Positions 1-10,189 of a stretch of DNA of 64,000 bases are shown here, piece after piece (positions within the stretch are counted from its first letter, which is position 1; the number at the start of each line of letters is the position of its first letter). The stretch is taken from positions 1,116,001 through 1,180,000 of the forward strand of contig JAUFOR010000002.1 of assembly GCA_040285745.1 (NCBI GenBank). The letters are read 5' to 3'. Origin of the DNA: Barthelona sp. PCE. Lineage: Eukaryota. The notes under the pieces are model-generated. The model worked only from the letters and a program-made list of their open reading frames with translations, had not been told where the DNA came from and ran no database searches. The position numbers and the translations under genes are program-made.

Positions 1-2102
1 TTCTCTTCATAAGCGAGGCGCTCCTTCTCGAAGTCAGCGCGCATGGCAGCAAGGCGGTCAGCCTGCAATTCGTCGAGCGCATCCTGGAAGTCAGTATCAC
101 CAATGAAATCTGTGACCGGCTTTCCCTCTTTACCAGCACCAATAAAGCGGAAGATAAACCTCTGTCCAAACACTACTGAGTCTCCATGAACGAGAATGGC
201 TTCTGTGACGGCCTCGCCGTTGATGTGCAACTCACCCTTGGCGTTAACAATAACGTTTTCTCCGTTATTAGTAAAGAGTGCGTGCTCTTCCTCAATGCCA
301 ATACCACTTAGTGCAATACGTTGGTTCTTTCCTGCGATTAATTCCTCATTCGGCACGAACTCATAGCGCTGGTGCCCTGACCACATGCTATCGCTGTTAA
401 TATTAAGCAACCATGGCATGTTACTAGCAAGCGGACCGCGTGCAACAGTAGTTTCCTTAGCAGCAGCTGCAAAGTATTCAGAGGCTTCGCTTTGCTTACC
501 ACCTGTGGATTCCACAGTATCCTGGTCAGAACGCACCTGTTGGAGACGCTGTTGGGCGAGTTCAAGCTGCTCCTGGAGCTCCTGGACCATATCTGGATCT
601 GCTGCAAGTTTCAGCTGCTCGATCAACTTCTGCTGCTCTTCGACCTGCTTCGTCAGCTCTTCAACCTTTGCCTGGAGAGGTGAAACGTTTTTCTTGACAA
701 CGTTAGTGATCTTTGCAGCAACCTGTGCATATCTCAAAGTTGAGAGGGTTTGGTCGAAATCGACAGCAGACGGGGAGAGGGCGGCAATCATGACTGTAAA
801 ACAGTTACCACCCAACGCATTCGAAAGCATCTGCGTCAGCTTGGAAGCACGCATGGAAGGACGCGCTAACTTCTTTTTTTCTTTGGGGGTAGCTGCGAGC
901 CAGCGAATAACTGAACCAAGGTGGGATAGTGAACGGTTAATATTGGAACCCTCACGGAGACCGGCACCTGAGGCACCTGTATCGTTGGCACGCTCTGAAC
1001 CGGCAAGATCGACAAGGTTCATATCTGCTTCGATAACGTTCTTGACCTCCTTGCGCTTACCGTCCTGTTCGACGACCTCTGTAACGAACTGCTTGATTGT
1101 GACAGTGAAAATAGAGTGTGAACGGGAGGATTCAGCATTCATCTTTGTGGCACGCTTGAAACGCAGACCATCACCAATGTTAATTAGTCGGTTAATATCC
1201 TCGAAAGACTGGACGAGCACACGTGTTGCACCCATGACTTCGGGGATACCGTTGAGAGTGACAACCTTAAGATCGTCAGGATTAACTGATGAGTTGTCGT
1301 TCAGTTTGTTGTAAACCTGTCTCTTACGCTTGAGCTGATCAGAGTCACCCTTGAGCTGTTGTCTGTTAAGCTCATCACGCTGGTTCTTGAGGTTCGAGAC
1401 GAAATCAGAAGCGCCCTTATCGTGAATGACCGCCATGACCTGATCCATGTTGAACTTTTGTTCCTTGTACACTGAAAGGTCACGGTCTAAACAAAGAAGG
1501 TCACGGATGGCTTCATTGTAGATTTCAATGTACCTACATTCGACCAAAATATTGATCTGCTTGCCCTCGCTTTCAAACTTAGCCTTGAGCTCGGGGATCT
1601 TCACAAAAAGTTCAGAACAAGCACGGGGAATAATTCCCCACTGGTCGTGGTCGTCAAGAACACCCATCATGGAGTACGATTTTCCCGAACCAGTCTGGCC
1701 ATATGCAAAGACTGTAGCATTGTATCCTTCCAGCGACTTTTTGAGCATGGGAATTCCAATCGCTTGGTAAACGTCCACTTGGGAGGCGAAATTCTCTGCT
1801 TTTCCCTTGGGGATTTCGTTGAAATCTGCAATTTCCTGGCTGAAACATATGAATGAGTTGAATGCATGGGTGAAATTGAAACTCTTAACATGTTTGTCAG
1901 CCATGTGCTTTTCTAGCTCTCCATTTTCAATTTTTGTACGCAGGGCTTTGTCAGTAAAGTACTCGTCAGATCGAATTTTAAGGTAACCAGGGGTATCTGG
2001 GAAGAATTGAAGACAAAAACTCGGGTGTTGTAGCAGCTTACGCGAATCGTCTCTGGGAAGGAAGGGACGGGTACGCACCGCGATAACTAGGTTCTGTGAC
2101 AT
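1..2102 (-). CDS. Kinesin-3-like (KIF1/KIF13-type) motor with FHA domain; 3' end runs off the left edge of the window
   Basis: Missing from the ORF track because it is open at the edge. Manual translation from the ATG at 2102 gives MSQNLVIAVRTRPF...FAYGQTGSGKSYSM...YIEIYNEAIRDLL...NAESSRSHSIF...NLVDLAGSER...TLSTLRYA, then a coiled coil and an FHA-like segment (IALSGIGIEEEHALF...LHINGE...LVHGDSVVFGQRFIFRF). Confidence 0.9.
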   Translation of the reverse strand, partial: MSQNLVIAVRTRPFLPRDDSRKLLQHPSFCLQFFPDTPGYLKIRSDEYFTDKALRTKIENGELEKHMADKHVKSFNFTHAFNSFICFSQEIADFNEIPKGKAENFASQVDVYQAIGIPMLKKSLEGYNATVFAYGQTGSGKSYSMMGVLDDHDQWGIIPRACSELFVKIPELKAKFESEGKQINILVECRYIEIYNEAIRDLLCLDRDLSVYKEQKFNMDQVMAVIHDKGASDFVSNLKNQRDELNRQQLKGDSDQLKRKRQVYNKLNDNSSVNPDDLKVVTLNGIPEVMGATRVLVQSFEDINRLINIGDGLRFKRATKMNAESSRSHSIFTVTIKQFVTEVVEQDGKRKEVKNVIEADMNLVDLAGSERANDTGASGAGLREGSNINRSLSHLGSVIRWLAATPKEKKKLARPSMRASKLTQMLSNALGGNCFTVMIAALSPSAVDFDQTLSTLRYAQVAAKITNVVKKNVSPLQAKVEELTKQVEEQQKLIEQLKLAADPDMVQELQEQLELAQQRLQQVRSDQDTVESTGGKQSEASEYFAAAAKETTVARGPLASNMPWLLNINSDSMWSGHQRYEFVPNEELIAGKNQRIALSGIGIEEEHALFTNNGENVIVNAKGELHINGEAVTEAILVHGDSVVFGQRFIFRFIGAGKEGKPVTDFIGDTDFQDALDELQADRLAAMRADFEKERLAYEE

Positions 2103-2909
2103 GTTTCTAAGCCGTTAAAATCAAGGAAAAGGAAGAAAGAGTTAAAACAAGAAAAAGCATATTTGAGATATTTACATCAGTTATTTGTGGATTATATCTA
2201 AAATAAATGGAGAATGTGGTATTTAAACTTTCAAAAAACCAACAAAATGTAAAAGTATTTTTTGGTTATAGTTCAACATTCAACTTCATGTTGTAGTTTT
2301 TCATTTGAATTGTATTACCGTACATGTTTAACCCTTTAGATATGTAAAAAAAAGGTAAAAACCTCTTCAAACGAAAGATAAAAATTAATTCAAAAAACCT
2401 CAAACTGACCGCTGCTTTACTTCTCTCATCGGTTTATCTCATAGTCAATACACTTCAATCCTCAAAAACAGCTTAAAATTAAATAAATATAAACCAGCTA
2501 GAAGATTCAATTGATATGTATCCTCCAAAAATTACTATAACAAAACGTGCACGGGAAACCGATTTAGCTTGCAGCAAAGCCCTTAAAAACAGCAGTACAG
2601 TAAAGAATATTGCTTTCAATTCCTCAAAAACTTATGAACTTAGCGCATCAGATACTAACATGCATTTGGCTGGACTTAAACGATAGTATACATAGATTTA
2701 GACTGAAAATCGATGAATACGAAGAGAAAAAAAAATGACTACTCATTTTGACCCTAATTACTAACAATCTTCACACCGTTTTGAGGTAGCATGTGCAAGG
2801 GGTGCACGATGAAACAGAACTCATTGGGATGTCATCGATGATGGTGAGCGTTAACCACAAAAAAGTGAATTATTCGCTTCCGTTTGAGCATTTTCCGGGG
2901 CTACAAAAT

Positions 2910-2938
2910 GTAAGTTCACGCATGCTACTAACCACCAG
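2910..2938 (+). other. Candidate 29-nt spliceosomal intron in an otherwise unannotated region
   Basis: GTAAGT donor and ACTAAC-CAC-CAG end, with the same branch-point/acceptor spacing as the RPB5 intron. Its removal gives a 55-aa ORF at 2829-3025. Confidence 0.45.
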
Positions 2939-2995
2939 AGGGTGAATCAGATTGTCTTTACTGAAAATATTGAATTAATGAAAGTTTTGAGACTC

Positions 2996-4990
2996 TTACT
3001 CAATAAAAAACAGAGAATCCTTTGAATTCTTTATGACATCAACGACTTCAATGGTAGAATTAGTCATTACGTCCATTAAAGAAATTGTTTCCGTCTCTGC
3101 CGTCTCTTCACACCCGAAAACTAAAGAAGTTCTTTTCATTTCCAATGTTGCAGGGTTGATACAATAATGAACAATCGTGTTAACAGCTGGAACAATAATG
3201 GAACTCCACCCATGAACGTAATCAGGAAATAGACGCTTTGTGCTGCCAGAATCCAAATCATGATAAATAAGTTCATTGTCATCCTCTTCATCATAGCCCA
3301 AGAATGCAGTTGGGCTGACCCATGCAAGAAAACGCTTCTTCTTTATGAGTCTTGGCAATACATCAGCCAATTGTACGTTTGGTGCCAGCTCCTTCATCTC
3401 CAGTCGACCAAAATTATCCTCTGCAATTGTCATATTGAACGGATTTAAGTGACTGTTACGGAAATAAACCTCTGATACCTGTTCGTACCCATTATCACGG
3501 TCAAAAAAAATGCAACCAGCGTGGTCGGAAAAAACTGATGTAAAAAATACACAGTTCTCATGTAAAACAATCTCTAAAACATCATAAAATCGAATCTTAA
3601 ACAACTTACTCACACTACCGTCCTGACTAAACAGAACTATCTTGTTGCTTTCACCAAGGCGGGCGAAGTCACCAAGATCATTAGTGGCCCACTTGATGCC
3701 AACCCCAAATGCATATTTGTCTTCACAATCATCATCATCAACTGACAAAAGCTGATTAGTGCGCAGCTGGGGGTATACGTTGTGAACAAAACTCCTGTTG
3801 TACCTGTTGTGAGTGCACTCGAGATTGGTCATTTTAACATGGTTCGTGTAGCATGTAGTTGTGTTCGTGCTCGTGTCCACTTTAATATATGATTTATCAC
3901 CAGTACGGATTACGTAACATTCGTCTTGGGCATATACAACACTCTTTCCTTCAAGAACACCGTGGAAAAGAACGTTTTCCTTGTTCTGCCAAACATATTG
4001 CTGTAAAAACGTGCCTTCACGACCACTGTCACTCATACCGCAGTTGACCATGCCAATGATTGTTCTTCCTGACCATATATATGCGCCCTCGTTGCAAAGA
4101 TCTACATCGCTGGTAAAGATTGGTTGATTAATTGCAAAAGCCCGAATGTTACTGATGCATGTGCGCAAAAAAGTTGTGGAACACTTATTGTCAGTTATAT
4201 TAAAGTCAACAAATGTATGACCAGCAAAATAGCAAGAACTGAAAACTAATAACGCAATGCGCTCAGCAGAAACTTCAAACATAAAGACTCCATACACTTT
4301 ATCTTCCAAAAGTTTTAATTTGGCAGCAAGATCACTTCCAGGAATACTAAGGTTAAAATTGTTGATACCATCTGTGAGAATCCATGGACTTTCCTCACTT
4401 ATAGCAACAACACATTTGGAATTATAGACTGGAATGATCTTTGACTCTTCAATGTCCATCTGCTCGAGGGTGAGGTCGCGTTTAACTATGTAATAAGTGG
4501 TGTAACAAAAAAAATCTCCAACTCTCTTTGAGAAGATAACAGAGTTAGTAAATGTATTGTTGGGATACAAAAACAAGCTATATGAACGATATATTGACAT
4601 ATCAAGTCTGACACCATCCTTACATCCATAAAGAGGTGATTTGTTGATCTTATTCAGCACCCAGAAAGAATCTTGGGTAAAAAATAATGCTTCCAACATA
4701 TCAATAGGTGCATCAGTAAATATTTCAAAGGATTGTTCAGTGACATTAGTTCTTACTAGATTTTCATCAAAGGTGAAAAACACTGCATTGAGAGTAGTTT
4801 GGTCTTCAGTTCTGGCAAATGTTGTTTGGTAAAAAACATGGCTTTCATGAACACATTTCTGTATTCTTTCACCGCTATCATCGAAGTCGGGTATAGAGGA
4901 AGGAAAGAATGATCCTGCTAAGATAGAAGAGTTTTGGTTCGATTTGAGCACAGTAAAATCCTTGTTCTTGTAGATTAATGATTCTGCCAT
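2996..4990 (-). CDS. Hypothetical beta-rich protein, member A of an apparent lineage-specific paralogue family
   Basis: Long ORF. The ATG at 4990 (MAESLIYK) lies 13 nt after a CCTTTTC motif. Its C-terminal ETISLMDVMTN resembles the ends of the ORFs at 17862 and 62204. Confidence 0.75.
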   Translation of the reverse strand: MAESLIYKNKDFTVLKSNQNSSILAGSFFPSSIPDFDDSGERIQKCVHESHVFYQTTFARTEDQTTLNAVFFTFDENLVRTNVTEQSFEIFTDAPIDMLEALFFTQDSFWVLNKINKSPLYGCKDGVRLDMSIYRSYSLFLYPNNTFTNSVIFSKRVGDFFCYTTYYIVKRDLTLEQMDIEESKIIPVYNSKCVVAISEESPWILTDGINNFNLSIPGSDLAAKLKLLEDKVYGVFMFEVSAERIALLVFSSCYFAGHTFVDFNITDNKCSTTFLRTCISNIRAFAINQPIFTSDVDLCNEGAYIWSGRTIIGMVNCGMSDSGREGTFLQQYVWQNKENVLFHGVLEGKSVVYAQDECYVIRTGDKSYIKVDTSTNTTTCYTNHVKMTNLECTHNRYNRSFVHNVYPQLRTNQLLSVDDDDCEDKYAFGVGIKWATNDLGDFARLGESNKIVLFSQDGSVSKLFKIRFYDVLEIVLHENCVFFTSVFSDHAGCIFFDRDNGYEQVSEVYFRNSHLNPFNMTIAEDNFGRLEMKELAPNVQLADVLPRLIKKKRFLAWVSPTAFLGYDEEDDNELIYHDLDSGSTKRLFPDYVHGWSSIIVPAVNTIVHYCINPATLEMKRTSLVFGCEETAETETISLMDVMTNSTIEVVDVIKNSKDSLFFIE

Positions 4991-5166
4991 AGATTTAATT
5001 GTGGAAAAGGGAGAAAACAAAAAATATGACAAATATTGGGTTAAATTTTCCGAACAAAGTGCCTCCTCATCTGTGTATTGAGCTAAAACCAGCTCCGCCT
5101 TTTAATTTTCTTTTTCTATTTTCATATATGAAAAAATAGATATGGAATATGCAAACTGTATCCATC

Positions 5167-5194
5167 CAAGGAGGTGGAAAGGTTAATGGTATGA
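5167..5194 (+). repeat. Left terminal inverted repeat
   Basis: CAAGGAGGTGGAAAGGTTAATGGTATGA; the reverse complement of 9276-9303 is TAGGGGGGTGGAAAGGTTAATGGTATGA. Confidence 0.85.
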
Positions 5195-5399
5195 GGAGAC
5201 GGATCCAAGCTATAAACGTTGTCATTGTAAAAGCATAAAAGAAAAAAATTTGGTAGTAGTTGATCTGCAGTTGTTCCGTTTTCTACTACCGCAATTTTCC
5301 AGTACATATTTACAAACATATTAAAATATTAGAGTGCTCAGAAATACATGTGAAAGCTTTCATGTACCTTGTGCCATCATAAAAATGAAAAAATTGAAT

Positions 5400-8300
5400 T
5401 TAGATAGTCTTCTCTATTTCTTTCAGTTCATCATACGTAATCCTTGGGACTGCAGAAGCTTCATTTAATAAAGTCCAATTAAAACGTGTACGAGTTGTTA
5501 ATCTGACTCGAATCTTGGAATCCAGTCCTTTTACCTTAGAAAATCCATGCTCAACTCCAGAATTGCTGGCAGATGCACTGCTATATTGTTTAATTATAGC
5601 TCGGAAACCGGGTAAACCCTCCACAGATTCGTGGGTGTGGCCATGAACAAGTGCTGCACGAACATCTCTTTCTCTAATTCCTGTATCACTGAAATCGAAC
5701 TCATCGGCCACCCTTTGAGCACTTAAAGGGGGCTCACGCACACTTTGGGCACTTGGAGATAGTTCACTCTCCATACGATTGGAAGAACGGCGACTAGGAC
5801 TGAGAAAGCCTGTCGATAATGGTAATACAATTGTTTGGGGTTCCACTTCTGGTGTATAGCGCATTACGACCTTCTTTCGATCTTCATTGGATGGTGAAAA
5901 GTCTAAATAGTAATTGGTACAAAGAATCGAAATTATATACCCCACTAACCCTCTATACAACAAAGGATCATTAAAATCTTTTGCCATATCAACATAAACG
6001 TGATCACTAATAAGATGTATTGCGGGATAATCACTTGCACAGCGCCTGAACTTGGTGCGTAAAAATGAAAAAACCATCATACCTTTTAGTCTGACAAGTT
6101 CCTTCTCTGTAACCTTAACTAAACCTGCTCTGTTAATATTGGGTATCTTTGCATCAACATACAGTTCGTATAATTCTTCCTTCAAACAACTCTTTCTGGG
6201 TTTATCATTTGTGATATCTTTAACCTCCTTATTATGATCCTGGAGCTCAACAGTGCTTAAATCTGAGAGAAGAAAAGCCACCAAAGGTTCGGGCATGATG
6301 AGGAATTTGCAAAAATAATGACGAACATACTCAAAAAGACCATCATGGTATATTGTAGCAAGGCTTGTTGCATTTTCTATTCTTAAATCTGAGCGCCACT
6401 TTCGCAATTCATGCAAAAGAATGGAAACTTGGAAATATGATTGTAAAACTGAAAAATCATTCTTACTGCTCATACGTTGAATGAAGATCATACGAGAATA
6501 AGTAGAAAAATAATTCCTTGCCAATACCCACATATCAGGGCCCAGAGAAAATCCATGAGGCTGCTTATTCCCATCCTTCATGGCCTCATAAAAAGGAGAA
6601 AGAAAATGCCGATAATGATCCTCGTCACAAACAGTATTATTGCTCTTTAACATCCGCTTAATCTCCAAATCCTTACCTTCGTGGTACTTCAGACGAAGAA
6701 TCATATCAGTGATATGAAAATGAGACCATGTTATTGCAAAATCATCAGGAATTGTTTCTGTTCCCTCAGGTAAAAATAGTATCTTGGGGATGTCCATGTA
6801 CAGTCCACCACACAATACATCATAAATCCATTCCAGTGTATCCCAACGAACATTCGAAAGAGATATGGATCTTCCCGTTACTTCACACCAGACTGTATGG
6901 TATTTATAAAACACACGCATAGTATCAACTGTTAACAGCGTCTGTATCTTTGAAAAATTGGCGAGAGATTTCTGCTGATCATCCAACATTTTCGCATATT
7001 TCTCTAAAGAAATCATGGCAAGATGATCAATGAATTCAGTATAATGCTCAAGTACATTGAAACGATAGGCATCATTTGAAAGAGAGTTACTTAAGGTCAA
7101 ATCAACGCCTAACAGGCAAGCATTGCGCTGACTTAACAAGTTTTCAAGGTGTTGACATTCGTGAAATGATGTATATGCAAAGGTAAACATGAGCTTATCG
7201 TCAGAAATCAAACCACCTTCAACCACATCACTGTCAGAATGAACAAATGACTCGATCCATTCTTCTGCTAAATTGTTGATAGTTGCACCAGAAATATCAT
7301 CTGTAACACTCTCATTCTCTGCTGCAGGTTCAGAAAGTGCAAAGATTGGATGAGTTTCATGGAGAGAAACAACGCTGTTAAGTCGAGCAGCAGCAGAACG
7401 TGAAATGGTACGGTTGGTGAATAAATTTGATAAATCTAGCTTCTTAGACAACCCTTCAACAGTTGATTCTTGTGAAACTTGATCGATGATATCCATAGTG
7501 ACGGTTTCATTGGAGACTCTCAACAAATTAAACCTATCTAAATAAGGAATGAAGGATTGATGCTGAATATGACTAGGAAAGAACTCAAACCCACTGGTTT
7601 TTGCCATAATCTTATTTAAAACATGACAAACACATGGAACTCGTGATATTGACGAGCATGCATCACATATCTTTTGAAAAGCGAGCTGTTCTGGCGTGCC
7701 ATTATCAGTTCCAACAACAATCTTAACTTCAGAATCACCCATGTCAATAATAACATCTTCTAAGCACCAGCGATCCCTGTTTTTCCTCTCGATGATTGAA
7801 TATGACTGGATGATTTTGTATTTTTTAAGCCGAGACAAAAACTGTTCGCACAGATCCTGAGCACGTTTGTATTCCGCCTTGCTGATTTCAGGTACTACAA
7901 AATTACGCACAGTGAAATCTGGGTAATCAAGAGGATTAATAACAACTTCAGTTGCGTGGGAAACAGTGAACTCGGTTGAAAATATATCAAAGATGATAAA
8001 CTTACCTTTTAAAGAATCCAAATATTGCTCTAGTGTGATTATTAAATGCTTTTTTTGTGTACATTTTCGTAGAGCTCTCCAAAAATGGATGCTCGACCCA
8101 AACAAGTTCCAGATCGGTTGGTACCTTCAACATAATAAGTGCATCATCTTTGCGTACATCGCTTGACAGATCAAATTCCATAAAAAGAGTTACGTTTTCT
8201 GAATTGTTTGCTGCTTGAACATAAGCAGAGTTAAAAATGGTTTCCAGAATGTAAGGGTGCACAACCTCACCGTAATATGTTGTGTAATCCCTGAAAGCCA

Positions 8301-9153
8301 TCTCAGAACCTGGACCGTATTCAGATCTAATGTTCTTCAAACTTTTATCCATAGCTAAAAATACAAATGGCAAAGCAAAGCCCCTAGCATCGTTAACCCT
8401 AGGAAGCGATACCTTCATCTTAGTGATTTGATGTTCTTGAAGTGTTAATTGTTGGAAACGAAGTGGAAATATTGAATCCTGGATTATTCCAATGTCTGTG
8501 CAAGTCCACTCAAATGTGTCCTTGTTATAATGAATATTTCTTTGATATTTGATGTCAGCATTATCAGTCACATACTTTAAACTACGTTCTGATATAAAAT
8601 TGCGTTTTGATGGAGTCGTAATATACACATCATTCAATATTTTTGCCAGTTCAGCGTCCGTAATCTTGATATTACTTGCTCGAATCATGTGTATAAAATC
8701 ATCCTTATCGAACTCAGGTTTTATCCAATTGTTCACCAAAGCACTCCAGATGATCTTGATATGTTCTTTGTTGGATATCCTGCGAAGATAGTGTTTACCT
8801 GTGAAGATACACAAGCCAATTACATGACAAGAAGCTTTTGAAACCGAACCACGTGATACACGAGCCAGTCTAGGCCCCTTAATGTTGTTATAAGTAGCTA
8901 AAAGCTCTTCGTGAGTTAATATCGCGTACTTATAAGCATTAAAATCATTAGAGTTTGGTAGAACACAGTTTTGTATTTCCAAACAGCCTACTTCATGGTA
9001 ATCTGAACGTAAGCCACCTTCAAGACACACATTAGAGTATAAGTGAACACGGACATGATAACTTTCATTATTTTGTTCTTTTGGATCACTTAGTCTTATT
9101 TTATCCATTGGAATACTCACATTGAACGATTGAAAAGTACCTTCTTTGGACAT
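5400..9153 (-). pseudogene. hAT-type DDE transposase (~1250 aa when joined), split by a +1 frameshift at an A7 run; either a pseudogene or an assembly error
   Basis: ORF 8002-9153 carries the likely first Asp (MEFDLSSD). ORF 5400-8105 carries VGTDNG, CVCHVLN (CxxH), NVRWDT and SASASNSGVEHGFS...RVRL. Removing one base from the T7 run at 8050-8056 fuses them as ...MYTKKHLIIT... Confidence 0.8.
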
Positions 9154-9275
9154 TAAAAAGATATCGTTGAGACTACCTGTGAAAAAAGTAAAAAATTGAG
9201 ATATGCGCTACTGGATTCCACAAGATCTCTTTGTTTGTTATAGTTTTTACAATACCCACAGTGTGGGGTGGTTGA

Positions 9276-9303
9276 TCATACCATTAACCTTTCCACCCCC
9301 CTA
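9276..9303 (-). repeat. Right terminal inverted repeat
   Basis: TCATACCATTAACCTTTCCACCCCCCTA, the inverted copy of 5167-5194. Confidence 0.85.
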
Positions 9304-9505
9304 GTGTGAAGTCTGCTTGCTCCATGTCCATTAAATAATTAATTACAATTGCAAATAAAAAGCCGTGCACATACAGGTGATTACGCAGAGAGCAACCAAT
9401 CACAAAAACAAAGCAACATTAATTGAAACAAAAGTTTTCACAAAACCTCCAACTCTTTAGAATTTCTTTCTTACACATTTTAACTTCATTACCTGGTTCT
9501 TAGAG

Positions 9506-10189
9506 ATGAGAAAGACCGATTCATGTAAGATCAGCGCATTTAGCATGACAAAACCGCCACAACCTGAAAGCTTCACACCAGTTGCTTATCAAAAGCTTCG
9601 GAATAGATTTTATGTTAAGTATATTGCCATCAGCACCAAGAGGATGTTGCTTGTGAACGTGAGAGAATTCAAAGCCCTCAATACTAAGCTACTAGGACTG
9701 TTAACAGATTTGCAAAAACAAAGATTCTCACCACAACTGCAATACATTGTCTACAAGAAGCTGAACAAGTGGCTGGGACACCAACAGATGCTCAATAGCG
9801 AACTCAAGCAAGAGAACTGCACCCAAAGAAACTACTTAGAAAACGCAGAATATGCTGCACCTCGGATAGCTGTTGACTGTAAGTTCGTTGAGCCGCAGAA
9901 GATCCTGGAGCTGTATAAGCGCATTCGAAATTTTAAAAAAAAAGACTTTGATCTAACAAAACTCCTTAAAAAAGAGCTCAAGGAGCTACATCAAACCATT
10001 GCTACTTCCTATCATATCCTCAACCACTACATGCTGTGGTGCCGTACAGAGGCGCTGGAGCTACTCTCTGTCATCAAGACTAACATGAATCTGACAGCAG
10101 ACAACCTCAGCTGCAGCATTAAGACAAGAACGTTTGCTTGCATAAATGCTGGTAATTTCGATCAACAGAGACCTCACACGACTCGCTAA
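9506..10189 (+). CDS. Hypothetical basic, probably helical protein (227 aa)
   Basis: The ORF fills the gap between the transposon and the kinase. Its stop overlaps the kinase stop by 4 nt. No motif recognised. Confidence 0.6.
   Translation: MRKTDSCKISAFSMTKPPQPESFTPVAYQKLRNRFYVKYIAISTKRMLLVNVREFKALNTKLLGLLTDLQKQRFSPQLQYIVYKKLNKWLGHQQMLNSELKQENCTQRNYLENAEYAAPRIAVDCKFVEPQKILELYKRIRNFKKKDFDLTKLLKKELKELHQTIATSYHILNHYMLWCRTEALELLSVIKTNMNLTADNLSCSIKTRTFACINAGNFDQQRPHTTR

Larger units (their letters stand above)
5167..9303 (-). mobile_element. hAT-superfamily-like cut-and-paste DNA transposon with terminal inverted repeats
   Basis: Perfect 22-bp inverted repeat (5173-5194 / 9276-9297), extending to 28 bp with 3 mismatches, enclosing a transposase with hAT motifs. 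No 8-bp target-site duplication found. Confidence 0.8.

Noticed and set aside
385-1314. 309-aa plus-strand ORF
   Set aside because: Antisense shadow of the kinesin-3 motor gene; Ser/Cys-rich with no motifs.
2745-2955. Telomerase RNA template (ACCCTAA), RNase P/MRP, SRP or U3 RNA
   Set aside because: Only isolated short matches (ACCCTAA, CGGGGCT); the required partner motifs were not found. Kept only as an unassigned structured or intron candidate.
5122-5319. 65-aa ORF across the left TIR
   Set aside because: Short, spans the element boundary and has no recognisable features.
9255-9305. Helitron-type 3' end (hairpin plus CTAG-T)
   Set aside because: The encoded protein has hAT DDE motifs rather than Rep/helicase motifs, the CTAG overlaps the TIR end, and the hairpin is ~33 nt away, further than usual.
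5167-10189. Fanzor/TnpB-like RNA-guided nuclease in or beside the transposon
   Set aside because: No RuvC-I/II/III motifs or CxxC zinc ribbon in either transposon ORF or the adjacent 227-aa ORF, and only ~200 nt of non-coding sequence lies inside the 3' end.
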